Positions 41,051 to 50,138 of a DNA stretch of 64,000 bases are shown here, in pieces. Origin of the DNA: Candidatus Omnitrophota bacterium (GTDB lineage: Bacteria; Omnitrophota; Gorgyraeia; B26-G9); contig JAZDHZ010000033.1 in NCBI GenBank assembly GCA_043805415.1, positions 89,600 to 153,599 of the forward strand, given 5' to 3'. How positions within the stretch are numbered: position 1 is the stretch's first letter; each line of letters opens with the position of its first letter. The notes beneath the pieces were generated by a model. The model worked only from the letters and a program-made list of their open reading frames with translations. It was not told the DNA's origin and did not search any database. A program made the translations under genes and the position numbers.

Positions 41051-41981
41051 TGAAATGATGTACCAGCGTGATGTTTATGGACGGACATTAGTTGAATTAG
41101 GAAAAGAAAATAAGGATATTGTTGTGCTTGATGCTGATTTATCCGGTTCAACGCGAACCGCGTTTTTTGCCTGTGAATTTCCGGAGCGGTTTTTTAATTT
41201 TGGAGTTGCCGAACAAAATATGATGGCTGCGGCAGCAGGATTAGCTAGTTGCGGTAAAACTGTTTTTGCTTCTACTTTTGCCATGTTTGCCACCGGCAGG
41301 GCTTGGGATCAAGTGCGGAACTCAATTTGTTATAGCAAGCTTAATGTAAAAATTGTCGCGACTCATGCCGGGATTACTGTTGGCCCAGATGGCGCGACTC
41401 ATCAAGCTTTAGAAGATATCGCGATAATGAGAGTTATTCCCAATATGACGGTTATTGTTCCTTGCGATGGGCCGCAGACAAAAGACGCGATAAAAGCTTC
41501 ATTAGCTATAAAAGGGCCTGTTTATATAAGGCTCGGCAGATCAAAGGTGCCTACGGTTGAGGGCAAGGGAGCCTTTAGATTAGGCAAAGCAGATGTTTTA
41601 ACCCAGGGTGAAGACGTCTCAATTTTTGCTTGTGGAATTATGACAAAGTTAGCGCTTGACGCTTGCCAGATACTGAAAAAAGAGGACATTAAAGCAACAG
41701 TAATCAATATGCATACAATTAAGCCGATTGATGAAGATATTGTCAGGCAAATGACAAAAAAAACAAAAGCAATGATAATTTGCGAAGAACATTCTATTAC
41801 CGGTGGGCTGGGTTGTGCTATTGAGGAAATCGTTGCCGAATGCGCTGCGGGTATTCCAGTCGCGCGCATCGGCGTAAAAAATAGGTTTGGCCAGTCAGGA
41901 AATGAAAAAGATCTGCTCAAGGAATATAATTTACAAGCAGAGGATATTGTAAATAAAGTTAAGAAAATGCTGAATAAATAA
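41043..41981 (+). CDS. transketolase, C-terminal (pyrimidine-binding) subunit
   Basis: FNFGVAEQNMM, GPDGATHQALEDIA and C-terminal domain. Overlaps the N-subunit gene by 8 nt. Confidence 0.85.
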   Translation: MSNEMMYQRDVYGRTLVELGKENKDIVVLDADLSGSTRTAFFACEFPERFFNFGVAEQNMMAAAAGLASCGKTVFASTFAMFATGRAWDQVRNSICYSKLNVKIVATHAGITVGPDGATHQALEDIAIMRVIPNMTVIVPCDGPQTKDAIKASLAIKGPVYIRLGRSKVPTVEGKGAFRLGKADVLTQGEDVSIFACGIMTKLALDACQILKKEDIKATVINMHTIKPIDEDIVRQMTKKTKAMIICEEHSITGGLGCAIEEIVAECAAGIPVARIGVKNRFGQSGNEKDLLKEYNLQAEDIVNKVKKMLNK

Positions 41982-41983
41982 TA

Positions 41984-42826
41984 ATGATTATTAATACCCC
42001 GGCTAAAATAAATTTATTTCTTGAAGTTTTAGATAAGCGTAAAGACGGTTATCATAATATTGAAACTTTATTTTTAAAAATAAAGCTCTTTGATAAATTA
42101 GATCTGAAAATTATCAAAAAAGAGATTAAGATCAGCTGTGATCATCCGGATGTTCCAGAGGATGAAACAAACCTGGTTTATAAGGCAGCAAAGTTATTGC
42201 AGCAAAAAACAGGTACAGATAAAGGGGTATATATCAAAATAAAGAAAAATATCCCTGTTTTTGCCGGTTTAGGCGGAGGTTCGAGCGATGCCGCGGCTGC
42301 TTTGCTTGGACTTAATAAACTATGGAAATTAGGCCTTGAGCAAAAAGATTTATTGTCGATAGCTAGAAAAATTGGGGCTGATGTGCCGGTATTTATCACT
42401 AATTATAATGCGGCTATAGGCAAATCAAGGGGAGATAGGCTGACGCCCTTAAATCTAGAAACAAAATTTTGGGTATTGCTTGTGAAACCGAATATCGCGG
42501 TTTCAACAAAAGAGGTTTATTCCGGGCTATTACCAAACTTGACAAAGACGAGAAATGATGTTAAACTGCTAATTCGTGCATTAAGAAGTAACCGTATGGA
42601 ACTAATTGAAAAAGCATTATTTAACAGACTGGAAACAGTAGCTTTTAAACGATATAAACAGCTAAAAGAGATAAAAAAAAATATATCCGCCCGTGGCGTG
42701 AGGGCGGTTTTAATGTCTGGGAGTGGATCAGTAATCTTTGGTTTGACAAAAACTAGAGAGGAGGCGATAAGTCTCAAGAATGAGCTTCAGGGCGCTTATG
42801 ATGTAGTGGTGGTAAGAAGTCTATAA
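41984..42826 (+). CDS. ispE: 4-diphosphocytidyl-2-C-methyl-D-erythritol kinase
   Basis: [10 protein letters not shown] start, GHMP kinase motif [17 protein letters not shown]. Confidence 0.85.
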   Translation: MIINTPAKINLFLEVLDKRKDGYHNIETLFLKIKLFDKLDLKIIKKEIKISCDHPDVPEDETNLVYKAAKLLQQKTGTDKGVYIKIKKNIPVFAGLGGGSSDAAAALLGLNKLWKLGLEQKDLLSIARKIGADVPVFITNYNAAIGKSRGDRLTPLNLETKFWVLLVKPNIAVSTKEVYSGLLPNLTKTRNDVKLLIRALRSNRMELIEKALFNRLETVAFKRYKQLKEIKKNISARGVRAVLMSGSGSVIFGLTKTREEAISLKNELQGAYDVVVVRSL

Positions 42827-42858
42827 CTGCGTGCATCTTGGAAAGGAGTGGTTCGAAG

Positions 42859-43314
42859 ATGGAAGTTACAGAAGTAAGAGTTTTTTTGCGTAATAAAGAC
42901 AGTAATAAGAAATTAAAAGCTTATGTTACCGTAACCTTTGATAATTGTTTTGTTGTCAGAGACGTAAAAGTAATCGAAGGCAGCAAGGGATTATTTGTTG
43001 CCATGCCATCAGCAAAAATGAAAACAACTTGCCCTACGTGCGGACATCGCAATGTAGTGCGCAGTAAGTATTGCAATCAGTGCAGCGCAAATATAGAGAA
43101 CCAGCAGATAAAGCCAGCAGCAACTCCAGAAGAAGCTCGCCAGACAGAGCATAAAGATATCGCGCATCCGATTACTCCAGAGTCTAGGGAGTATATACAG
43201 AAGAAAGTTTTAGAGGCTTATGATATTGAAGCCGCCAAAGATCCTGAACTAGAGGATTATGACTCTGCGCTGAGTCATAAATCTGAGGGGATAACAGAGA
43301 AAGAAATAGACTAA
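42859..43314 (+). CDS. spoVG: SpoVG-family protein with inserted zinc ribbon
   Basis: [10 protein letters not shown]...[21 protein letters not shown] and DIAHPIT align with B. subtilis SpoVG. About 45 aa containing CPTC-x10-CNQC are inserted between them. ATG at 42859 preferred, after a GAAAGGAG Shine-Dalgarno. Confidence 0.75.
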   Translation: MEVTEVRVFLRNKDSNKKLKAYVTVTFDNCFVVRDVKVIEGSKGLFVAMPSAKMKTTCPTCGHRNVVRSKYCNQCSANIENQQIKPAATPEEARQTEHKDIAHPITPESREYIQKKVLEAYDIEAAKDPELEDYDSALSHKSEGITEKEID

Positions 43315-43326
43315 GTTAGCAAAAAT

Positions 43327-43401
43327 TGCCCGGTGGTGTAATTGGCAACACGAAAGAATTTGGATCTTTTGTTCATGGTTCGAGTCCATGCCGGGCAGCC
43401 A
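43327..43401 (+). tRNA. tRNA-Gln (anticodon UUG), CCA encoded
   Basis: Manual cloverleaf fold. Acceptor TGCCCGG/CCGGGCA (U1-A72), D arm GTGT-AATTGGCA-ACAC, anticodon arm AAAGA-ATTTGGA-TCTTT. T arm CATGG-TTCGAGT-CCATG, discriminator G, then CCA. Confidence 0.9.
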
Positions 43402-43437
43402 TTTTATACAATAATAAATTTAACCCATTAGGTAATA

Positions 43438-44703
43438 ATGAAAAATATTAGTGCTGTGATATTAGCCGCTGGTGAAGGCACCAGAATGAATTCTAACATT
43501 CCCAAGATTTTGCACAAGATGGGAAACAAACCAATGCTTGGACATGTGATGGATAATGTGCAGGCAGCTGGGGTTGAAAACGTTTTTATTATTACCGGCT
43601 ATAAGTCAGAAATGGTTGAGAAATATGTTGGCCAAAAAGCTAAGTGTGTGCAGCAAAAAAAACTTTTGGGTACCGGTGATGCTGTTTGGCAGATAAATGA
43701 TGAAAAAGTGTTTAAGAATAAAGATGCGCGTTTGTTGATTATTTATGGAGATACCCCGCTGATTACTTGTTCAACCATAAAAAACTTACTGGAAAAACAT
43801 TATGAGGATAACGCGGTAGGAACACTGCTTACAGTTCGGACAAATAATCCCGTTGGTTATGGCCGAATAATTAGAAATGACGCGGGAAATCTTGCTAAGA
43901 TTGTAGAAGAAAATGATGCTAATGTTTATGAGCGCGCTATAGAAGAAATTAATGTGGGTGTTTATATTTTTAAGGCAGAAGAGCTTTTCGATGCTTTAAA
44001 AAAAGTTAAGCCGGATAATAATAAAAAAGAGTATTATCTTACTGATGTTGTAGCGGTAATGAATAAAGCTAAATTTAAAATAAATGCTGTAGAGACACTG
44101 GATCAAGCTGAAATACTGGGAGTCAATTCCCGGGAAAGTTTAGCCCAGGCTTATGAGATTTTTAGAAACAGAATAGTAAAAAAAATTGTGGCCGGCGGGG
44201 TGACGGTAATGGACCCTCAAACTACTTTTATCGACGAAGAGGTGCAAATCGGAAAAGATACGGTTATTTACCCCTTTACGATTATTGAAAGAGATGTTGT
44301 GATTGGAGAAAATTGCAGTTTAGGTCCTTTTTGCCGTATTCGCTCAGGATCAAAGGTTGCCCATGATGTAGCTATTGGTAATTTTGTTGAATTTAATCGA
44401 TCAACTATTGGGGAATTTTCAAAAATAAAACACCAAAGCTATATAGGTGATACAGAGATAGAAGATAAGGTTAATATTGGCGCAGGTACGATTGTTGCTA
44501 ACTATGACGGTAAAAATAAGAATAAAACAGTGATAAAATCCGGGGCTTTTATCGGCACAGGAACGATTCTTGTTGCTCCGGTAAAAATAGGTAAATTCGC
44601 TATGACCGGTGCTGGTGCGGTTGTTACGAGAAATAAAGATGTGCCTGATAATACTGTTGTAATTGGTGTCCCGGCACGTGAGTTAAAAAAAACGCAAAAA
44701 TAA
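43438..44703 (+). CDS. glmU: bifunctional GlcNAc-1-P uridyltransferase / GlcN-1-P acetyltransferase
   Basis: AVILAAGEGTRMNSNIPKILH N-terminal motif. C-terminal left-handed beta-helix with NYDGKNKNKTVIKSGAFIGTGTILVAPV. Confidence 0.85.
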   Translation: MKNISAVILAAGEGTRMNSNIPKILHKMGNKPMLGHVMDNVQAAGVENVFIITGYKSEMVEKYVGQKAKCVQQKKLLGTGDAVWQINDEKVFKNKDARLLIIYGDTPLITCSTIKNLLEKHYEDNAVGTLLTVRTNNPVGYGRIIRNDAGNLAKIVEENDANVYERAIEEINVGVYIFKAEELFDALKKVKPDNNKKEYYLTDVVAVMNKAKFKINAVETLDQAEILGVNSRESLAQAYEIFRNRIVKKIVAGGVTVMDPQTTFIDEEVQIGKDTVIYPFTIIERDVVIGENCSLGPFCRIRSGSKVAHDVAIGNFVEFNRSTIGEFSKIKHQSYIGDTEIEDKVNIGAGTIVANYDGKNKNKTVIKSGAFIGTGTILVAPVKIGKFAMTGAGAVVTRNKDVPDNTVVIGVPARELKKTQK

Positions 44704-44760
44704 ATCTAAAAATCTAAAAAAAAGATTGTTGTTTTTTAATGAATTGAAAGGTGAAGCAAT

Positions 44761-45699
44761 ATGCAAGAAAGATTAACGGTATTTACAGGCAATGCTAATC
44801 CGCAACTGGCAAAAGATATATGTAAACACTTGGGTATTGCTTTGGGAGCGGCTTTTGTTGGTAAATTCAGCGAAGGGGAAATAAAAGTCAGAGTTGATCA
44901 GAATGTAAGAGGTAAAGATGTTTTTGTGATTCAGCCTACTTGTCCTCCGACAAATGATAATCTTATGGAATTATTGATTCTTATTGATGCCTTGGCGCGT
45001 GCTTCTGCCGGAAGATTAACCGCGGTTATTCCTTATTACGGATATGCGCGGCAAGACAGAAAAGATCAACCGCGTGTTCCAATAACAGCTAAGCTGGTCG
45101 CTAATTTGATTGCTAATGCCGGCGCGGATAGAGTTTTAACTATGGATTTACATGCTGGGCAGATACAAGGGTTTTTTGACATCCCGGTAGATCATCTTTT
45201 TGCTGCTCCAGTGCTGATCGAGCATTTTAAGAAATTCATTGGAGAGGATGTTGTGATTGTTTCTCCTGATGTCGGCGGGGTGAAAATGGCCAGGGCTTTT
45301 GCTAAACGCCTGGGCGCCCCATTGGGAATTGTGGATAAACGCCGAATCGACGGTGAAAGCACGGAAGCGATGAATGTTTTAGGTGATGTTGATGGTAAAA
45401 TTGCCATTTTAATTGATGATATGTGCGCGACTGCCGGATCATTGACTGAGGCAGCAAACGCGCTTAAGCAAAAAGGGGCAAAGGCTGTATACGCGGGAGT
45501 TACGCATGGTGTTTTTTCAGGTCCGGCATTAGAAAGAATAGAAAAAAGCGGGTTAAAAGAAATTATTGTTACTGATTCAATTCCGCTGAATGATGATAAA
45601 AAACATCCAAAGGTGAAAGTGGTTAGTATCGCGAAATTGCTTGCGGAGGCAATTAAAAGAATTCATAATGAAGAGTCTGTCAGCTCTTTGTTTATCTAA
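44761..45699 (+). CDS. prs: ribose-phosphate pyrophosphokinase
   Basis: [21 protein letters not shown] and PRPP-binding loop [12 protein letters not shown]. Confidence 0.9.
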   Translation: MQERLTVFTGNANPQLAKDICKHLGIALGAAFVGKFSEGEIKVRVDQNVRGKDVFVIQPTCPPTNDNLMELLILIDALARASAGRLTAVIPYYGYARQDRKDQPRVPITAKLVANLIANAGADRVLTMDLHAGQIQGFFDIPVDHLFAAPVLIEHFKKFIGEDVVIVSPDVGGVKMARAFAKRLGAPLGIVDKRRIDGESTEAMNVLGDVDGKIAILIDDMCATAGSLTEAANALKQKGAKAVYAGVTHGVFSGPALERIEKSGLKEIIVTDSIPLNDDKKHPKVKVVSIAKLLAEAIKRIHNEESVSSLFI

Positions 45700-45738
45700 T
45701 GAATACAAAAATGATGTTTATTAAAGGAGGCGTAACAA

Positions 45739-46404
45739 GTGGAAAAGGTATTACTGAACGCGAAAATTAGAACAGGTAGCGGCACCTCGGCTGCAAAAAA
45801 AGTAAGAGCCCTGGGGTTTGTTCCGGCAATAGTTTATGCTAAAAAAGAAAATCCTATTCAAGTGGGAGTGAACCACAAAGAATTAATAAAGCTTGTTCAT
45901 AAATATGGAGAAACTGCTATTATTAATTTAAAATTGGATAATAATGGAGCAATAACTGATTATCCAGTAATAATTAAAGAAATACAAATTGATCATATAA
46001 AAAATAATGTTTTACATGTTGATTTTAAATTAATCAATATGACTGAAAAAATTCGTGTACATGTACCTCTAGTGACAAAAGGCGATAGTGATGCTCCGGG
46101 AGTAAAAGAAGGCGGAATCCTAGAGCATGTATTACATGAAATTGAAATTGAAAGTTTGCCGATGAACTTGCCGAAACAGATAGTAGTGGATGTCTCGGGC
46201 TTAAAAGTGGGCGAGTCAATCCATGTTAGAGATTTGATTATGGATGAAGGCGTGCATGTTATCAGCAATCCTGACCAAGTAGCTGTTTTGGTTAAATATG
46301 AAGCAGTGGAAAAACCAGAGGAAGAAGCAGTCGTTGAGCCATCTAGCGGTGAACCTGAGGTTATTAAAAAAGGTAAAACTGACGAAGACGAAGCAAAGAA
46401 ATAA
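45739..46404 (+). CDS. rplY: 50S ribosomal protein L25 / general stress protein Ctc
   Basis: N-terminal L25 domain (GFVPAIVYAK...) with a Ctc-type C-terminal extension and acidic tail. GTG start after an AAAGGAGG Shine-Dalgarno. Confidence 0.85.
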   Translation: MEKVLLNAKIRTGSGTSAAKKVRALGFVPAIVYAKKENPIQVGVNHKELIKLVHKYGETAIINLKLDNNGAITDYPVIIKEIQIDHIKNNVLHVDFKLINMTEKIRVHVPLVTKGDSDAPGVKEGGILEHVLHEIEIESLPMNLPKQIVVDVSGLKVGESIHVRDLIMDEGVHVISNPDQVAVLVKYEAVEKPEEEAVVEPSSGEPEVIKKGKTDEDEAKK

Positions 46405-46501
46405 TTAGATTAATAATGGTTTTTTATATTTTTCAGTCCAATTATATCAGAATTCGATGAGTGGATTAGTCGTAAGGCAAAACTGAAGGCTGATAATTTA
46501 T

Positions 46502-47098
46502 ATGGCAATAAAACTTATAGTTGGGCTTGGCAATCCGGGTGCAAATTATAAAAACACAAAACATAATGCGGGGTTCTGGGTAGTAGAAGCAATAGCCAAA
46601 GAGCTTGATATTTCTTTGAATCAGCGCAAATTTAATTCGCAATGGGCACAGGGCAAGTATTGTAATAGCAGCTTTATCCTGGCAAAGCCTCTAACTTATA
46701 TGAATTTGAGTGGTAATGCCGTTAGAAGCTTTGTTGATTATTTCAAGATTTCCTTGACTGATATATTAATTATTTTTGATGATGCGCATCTAAAATTAGG
46801 AACAATCAGAATCCGCAAATCCGGGAGTGCCGGCGGGCACAATGGTTTGCGTTCGATTATAAAAGAGCTGGGTACTTCTGATATTGCCCGATTACGTTTT
46901 GGGGTCAGTTCTGGAGCACCGGGGATTGATTTATCAAATTATGTTTTGAGTGGTTTTAGTAATAAAGCCGATGAACAAATAGCAAAGGAAACCGTAGCCG
47001 AAGCTAAAAATGCCGGCTTAAGCTGGATGGAAAAAGATATAGATTTTGCAATGAATACATTCAATCCAAAAAGAAGGGAGAATTCAGACGATGAATAA
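46502..47098 (+). CDS. pth: peptidyl-tRNA hydrolase
   Basis: LIVGLGNPGANYKNTKHNAGF and GSAGGHNGLRSI motifs. Confidence 0.9.
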   Translation: MAIKLIVGLGNPGANYKNTKHNAGFWVVEAIAKELDISLNQRKFNSQWAQGKYCNSSFILAKPLTYMNLSGNAVRSFVDYFKISLTDILIIFDDAHLKLGTIRIRKSGSAGGHNGLRSIIKELGTSDIARLRFGVSSGAPGIDLSNYVLSGFSNKADEQIAKETVAEAKNAGLSWMEKDIDFAMNTFNPKRRENSDDE

Positions 47099-47378
47099 CT
47101 ATGAAGGAGTTTTTATTCTAAAAGCTTCCCTGGACAATGATGCACAGGAAAAGCTGGTCGAAGAAATCAAGGCAGTTATTAATAAGAACAAAGGTACCTC
47201 CGGTGAAGTTCAAAGCTGGGGAAAGAAGAAATTTACTTTTGATATCAAAAAGCAGAGCGAGGGATTTTATTATTGCCTTGACTTTAGCTTAGACCCAGCA
47301 TCAGTTAAAAAAATTGAAAGCCTTTTCAAGCTTAACGATGATATTTTAAGGGTTATGATTATCAGCAAGGAATCCTAA
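47091..47378 (+). CDS. rpsF: 30S ribosomal protein S6
   Basis: MNNYEGVFIL start, 95 aa, conserved rpsF-ssb-rpsR-rplI order. Confidence 0.9.
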   Translation: MNNYEGVFILKASLDNDAQEKLVEEIKAVINKNKGTSGEVQSWGKKKFTFDIKKQSEGFYYCLDFSLDPASVKKIESLFKLNDDILRVMIISKES

Positions 47379-47387
47379 GGAGGAGAG

Positions 47388-47840
47388 ATGGCAAATTTAA
47401 ATAAAGTTTTGCTAATGGGAAATCTTACACGTGATCCGGAGCTGCGTTATGCTCCAAGCGGTACAGCGGTTACTACTTTTACCATAGCGATGAGCAGAGC
47501 TTTTAATTCCACTGCTGGAGAGAAAAAAGAAGATGTTTGCTATGTGCGGGTTGTTTGTTGGGCAAAACTTGCTCAAATATGCAGTGAGTACTTATTTAAG
47601 GGGCGTCCAGTTTTTGTAGAGGGAAGATTGCAAAGCCGGTCATGGCAGGCTCCTGATGGGGCAAAACGCAATACTATGGAAGTTGTTGCCCAGAATATTC
47701 AATTTCTCGGTAAAGGGAAAGCTCAGGGATCGGAGCAAAAACAAGCAATGCCTGAATACTCCCATGAAGAAATGTCAATGGATGAATCAATGGATCATTT
47801 TCCTTTAGAGTCCCGCAAGGATGAGGAAGTTCCTTTTTAA
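47388..47840 (+). CDS. ssb: single-stranded DNA-binding protein
   Basis: OB-fold start NKVLLMGNLTRDPELRY and acidic tail DEEVPF. Confidence 0.9.
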   Translation: MANLNKVLLMGNLTRDPELRYAPSGTAVTTFTIAMSRAFNSTAGEKKEDVCYVRVVCWAKLAQICSEYLFKGRPVFVEGRLQSRSWQAPDGAKRNTMEVVAQNIQFLGKGKAQGSEQKQAMPEYSHEEMSMDESMDHFPLESRKDEEVPF

Positions 47841-47875
47841 TTTAATAATCTATATAGCAAGAGGAGAAAAAAGTA

Positions 47876-48139
47876 ATGTTAATGCGTAAAAAAGGTAAAA
47901 TGCTGAAAAAGCCTTCTAAAAGAACCGTACTGTTTAAAAAAAAGGTATGCCGTTTTTGTATAGATAAGGCTGATAAGGTTGATTATAAAGATGTTAGCAA
48001 GTTGGTTAAATTTATATCGGAAAGAGGAAAAATTGTTCCTTCACGTGTAAGTGGAACTTGTTCTAAACATCAGCGTAAACTGGCACAGGCAATTAAAAGG
48101 GCAAGATTTATCGCGCTATTGCCTTATGCTGCCGAATAA
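47876..48139 (+). CDS. rpsR: 30S ribosomal protein S18
   Basis: CRFC...[33 protein letters not shown] pattern. Confidence 0.9.
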   Translation: MLMRKKGKMLKKPSKRTVLFKKKVCRFCIDKADKVDYKDVSKLVKFISERGKIVPSRVSGTCSKHQRKLAQAIKRARFIALLPYAAE

Positions 48140-48324
48140 AAACGAAAGCCTGATATTAAATCTGATTATGGGAAGGGAAAGATGTTTTCGAATTTTATGC
48201 TTAAATAATAATGATTCCGAAAGTGTCTGCTAGGTCGCAGCCATTTCGGACTAAATTCGCGCTGGCTGACTTGACGTCGTAAAAATACTCCGTAAGTCAG
48301 TAGCTCATTTAAGGAGTTACAATA

Positions 48325-48765
48325 ATGAAAGTAGTTTTAAAAACAGATCTTAATAAATTAGGAAAGATCGGGGATGTTGTTGAGGTAGCAGAGGGTTATG
48401 CTCGCAACTACTTGCTTCCTCAAGGTAAAGCCCTGGAAGCTAATAAAAACAATCTACAGATACTTGAACAGGTTAAAAAAGTAAATAATAAAAAATTGTT
48501 AAAGTTAAAACAAGAAGCCGAAGAAATAGCAAAAAAAATTGAAGGTGTTTCCTGCACAATTGTTATGCAGGCACACGATGAGCAACTTTATGGGGCAGTG
48601 ACAAGTGCTGATATCGCGAAATCTCTGTCGCAGGAAGGGATATCTGTGGATAAAAAAGATATCTTATTAGATGAACCGATCAAAGCCTTAGGGGTCTATC
48701 ATGTTCCTGTTAAACTACATCCAGAAGTAAAACCTCAGGTAAAAGTATGGGTGGTCAAAGAATAA
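48325..48765 (+). CDS. rplI: 50S ribosomal protein L9
   Basis: MKVVLKTDLNKLGKIGDVVEVAEGYARNYLLPQGKA N-domain; AAGGAG Shine-Dalgarno. Confidence 0.9.
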   Translation: MKVVLKTDLNKLGKIGDVVEVAEGYARNYLLPQGKALEANKNNLQILEQVKKVNNKKLLKLKQEAEEIAKKIEGVSCTIVMQAHDEQLYGAVTSADIAKSLSQEGISVDKKDILLDEPIKALGVYHVPVKLHPEVKPQVKVWVVKE

Positions 48766-50135
48766 ATCGCAAGCCGGAGAGAATCCAACCTTTAGGCTCA
48801 TCTTCACTTCTGGATAAAGTTCCGCCGCAAAATAATGAGGCGGAGATGGCTGTATTAGGGTCAATGTTGCTTGAAGAAGCGGCTATCTCTGACATTGTGG
48901 AAATATTAGATGAGGATTGTTTTTATCGTGACAATCATCAAAAAATTTTCAAAGCAATGATTGGGCTTTATAGTGAAGCTAAGCCAATAGATTTAATTAC
49001 TCTGAGCGATTTTTTATTCAAGGAGAATGAATTAGAAAAAGTCGGGGGAGCGGGATATCTTACTGAACTTGCCAATGCAGTTCCTACAGCAGCCAATGTG
49101 CTGCATCACGCGAAAATTGTTAAAGAAAAAGCAATATTACGCAAATTAATATCAACCGCAACTAATATCGTAACCCAGGGATATGAGCCGGATCAGGATG
49201 TGGATGGTTTGCTTGATACGGCTGAACGATTGATCTTTGAAATTGCTGGATCAAAGGCTAAAAGTGGTATTGTTTCGATAAAAGAGTTGATCAAGAATAG
49301 TATAGAAACAATCGAAAAACTTTATCAGCGCAAAACCCAAGTTACCGGGATTCCTACTGGTTTTCAGGATATTGATGTTATTACCGCTGGGCTTCAGCCC
49401 GCGGATCTAATTATCGTGGCTGGCCGTCCTTCGATGGGCAAAAGTGCTTTAATCTGCGGATTCGCGGAGCATGCGGCGGTTATTCAAAAAGTGCCGACAG
49501 CAATTTTTAGTTTAGAAATGTCCAAAGAATCTTTGGTCCAAAGAATTCTTTGTTCTCATGCTAGGGTCGATATGCAGGCTGTGCGCACAGGATTTTTATC
49601 TCAGGATCATTGGGGAGATTTGGTTAATGCCGCGGGGCGAATGTCAACCGCGCCTTTATTTATTGACGATAGTCCAGGGTTAAATGTTTTAGAACTTAGA
49701 GCCAAAGCAAGACGTTTAAAAGCACAGCATAATATTGGGATGATAATTTTAGATTATCTTCAGCTTATGCAAGCTGCTGGTTTTCGCGGGGAAAGCAGAC
49801 AACAGGAAATATCGGATATTTCCCGTTCTTTAAAAGGATTAGCCCGAGAAATTAATGTGCCGCTTATTGCTGTAAGTCAGTTATCGCGGGCTACTGAATC
49901 GCGAGATGGTTTTAGACCTAGACTTTCTGATCTTAGAGATTCAGGGGCCATTGAACAGGATGCGGATGTTGTTATGCTATTATTCCGTGAGGAATATTAT
50001 AATCCTACCGAGGAGAATAAGGGGATAGCGGAAGTTATTATCGCAAAACAAAGAAATGGTCCGGTGGGGACAAAGAAACTTACATTTGTAAAAGAGTTCA
50101 GTAGATTTGAAAATCTTACACAGAGAGAAGAATAA
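48747..50135 (+). CDS. dnaB: replicative DNA helicase
   Basis: PPQNNEAEMAVLGSMLL N-domain, Walker A GRPSMGKSA, Walker B IILDYLQLM, SQLSR motif. Confidence 0.9.
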   Translation: MGGQRINRKPERIQPLGSSSLLDKVPPQNNEAEMAVLGSMLLEEAAISDIVEILDEDCFYRDNHQKIFKAMIGLYSEAKPIDLITLSDFLFKENELEKVGGAGYLTELANAVPTAANVLHHAKIVKEKAILRKLISTATNIVTQGYEPDQDVDGLLDTAERLIFEIAGSKAKSGIVSIKELIKNSIETIEKLYQRKTQVTGIPTGFQDIDVITAGLQPADLIIVAGRPSMGKSALICGFAEHAAVIQKVPTAIFSLEMSKESLVQRILCSHARVDMQAVRTGFLSQDHWGDLVNAAGRMSTAPLFIDDSPGLNVLELRAKARRLKAQHNIGMIILDYLQLMQAAGFRGESRQQEISDISRSLKGLAREINVPLIAVSQLSRATESRDGFRPRLSDLRDSGAIEQDADVVMLLFREEYYNPTEENKGIAEVIIAKQRNGPVGTKKLTFVKEFSRFENLTQREE

Positions 50136-50138
50136 GAT

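Noticed and set aside
48051-48233. 60-aa ORF overlapping the rpsR 3' end
   Set aside because: It is an alternative frame of rpsR plus spacer, with no Shine-Dalgarno and no motif.
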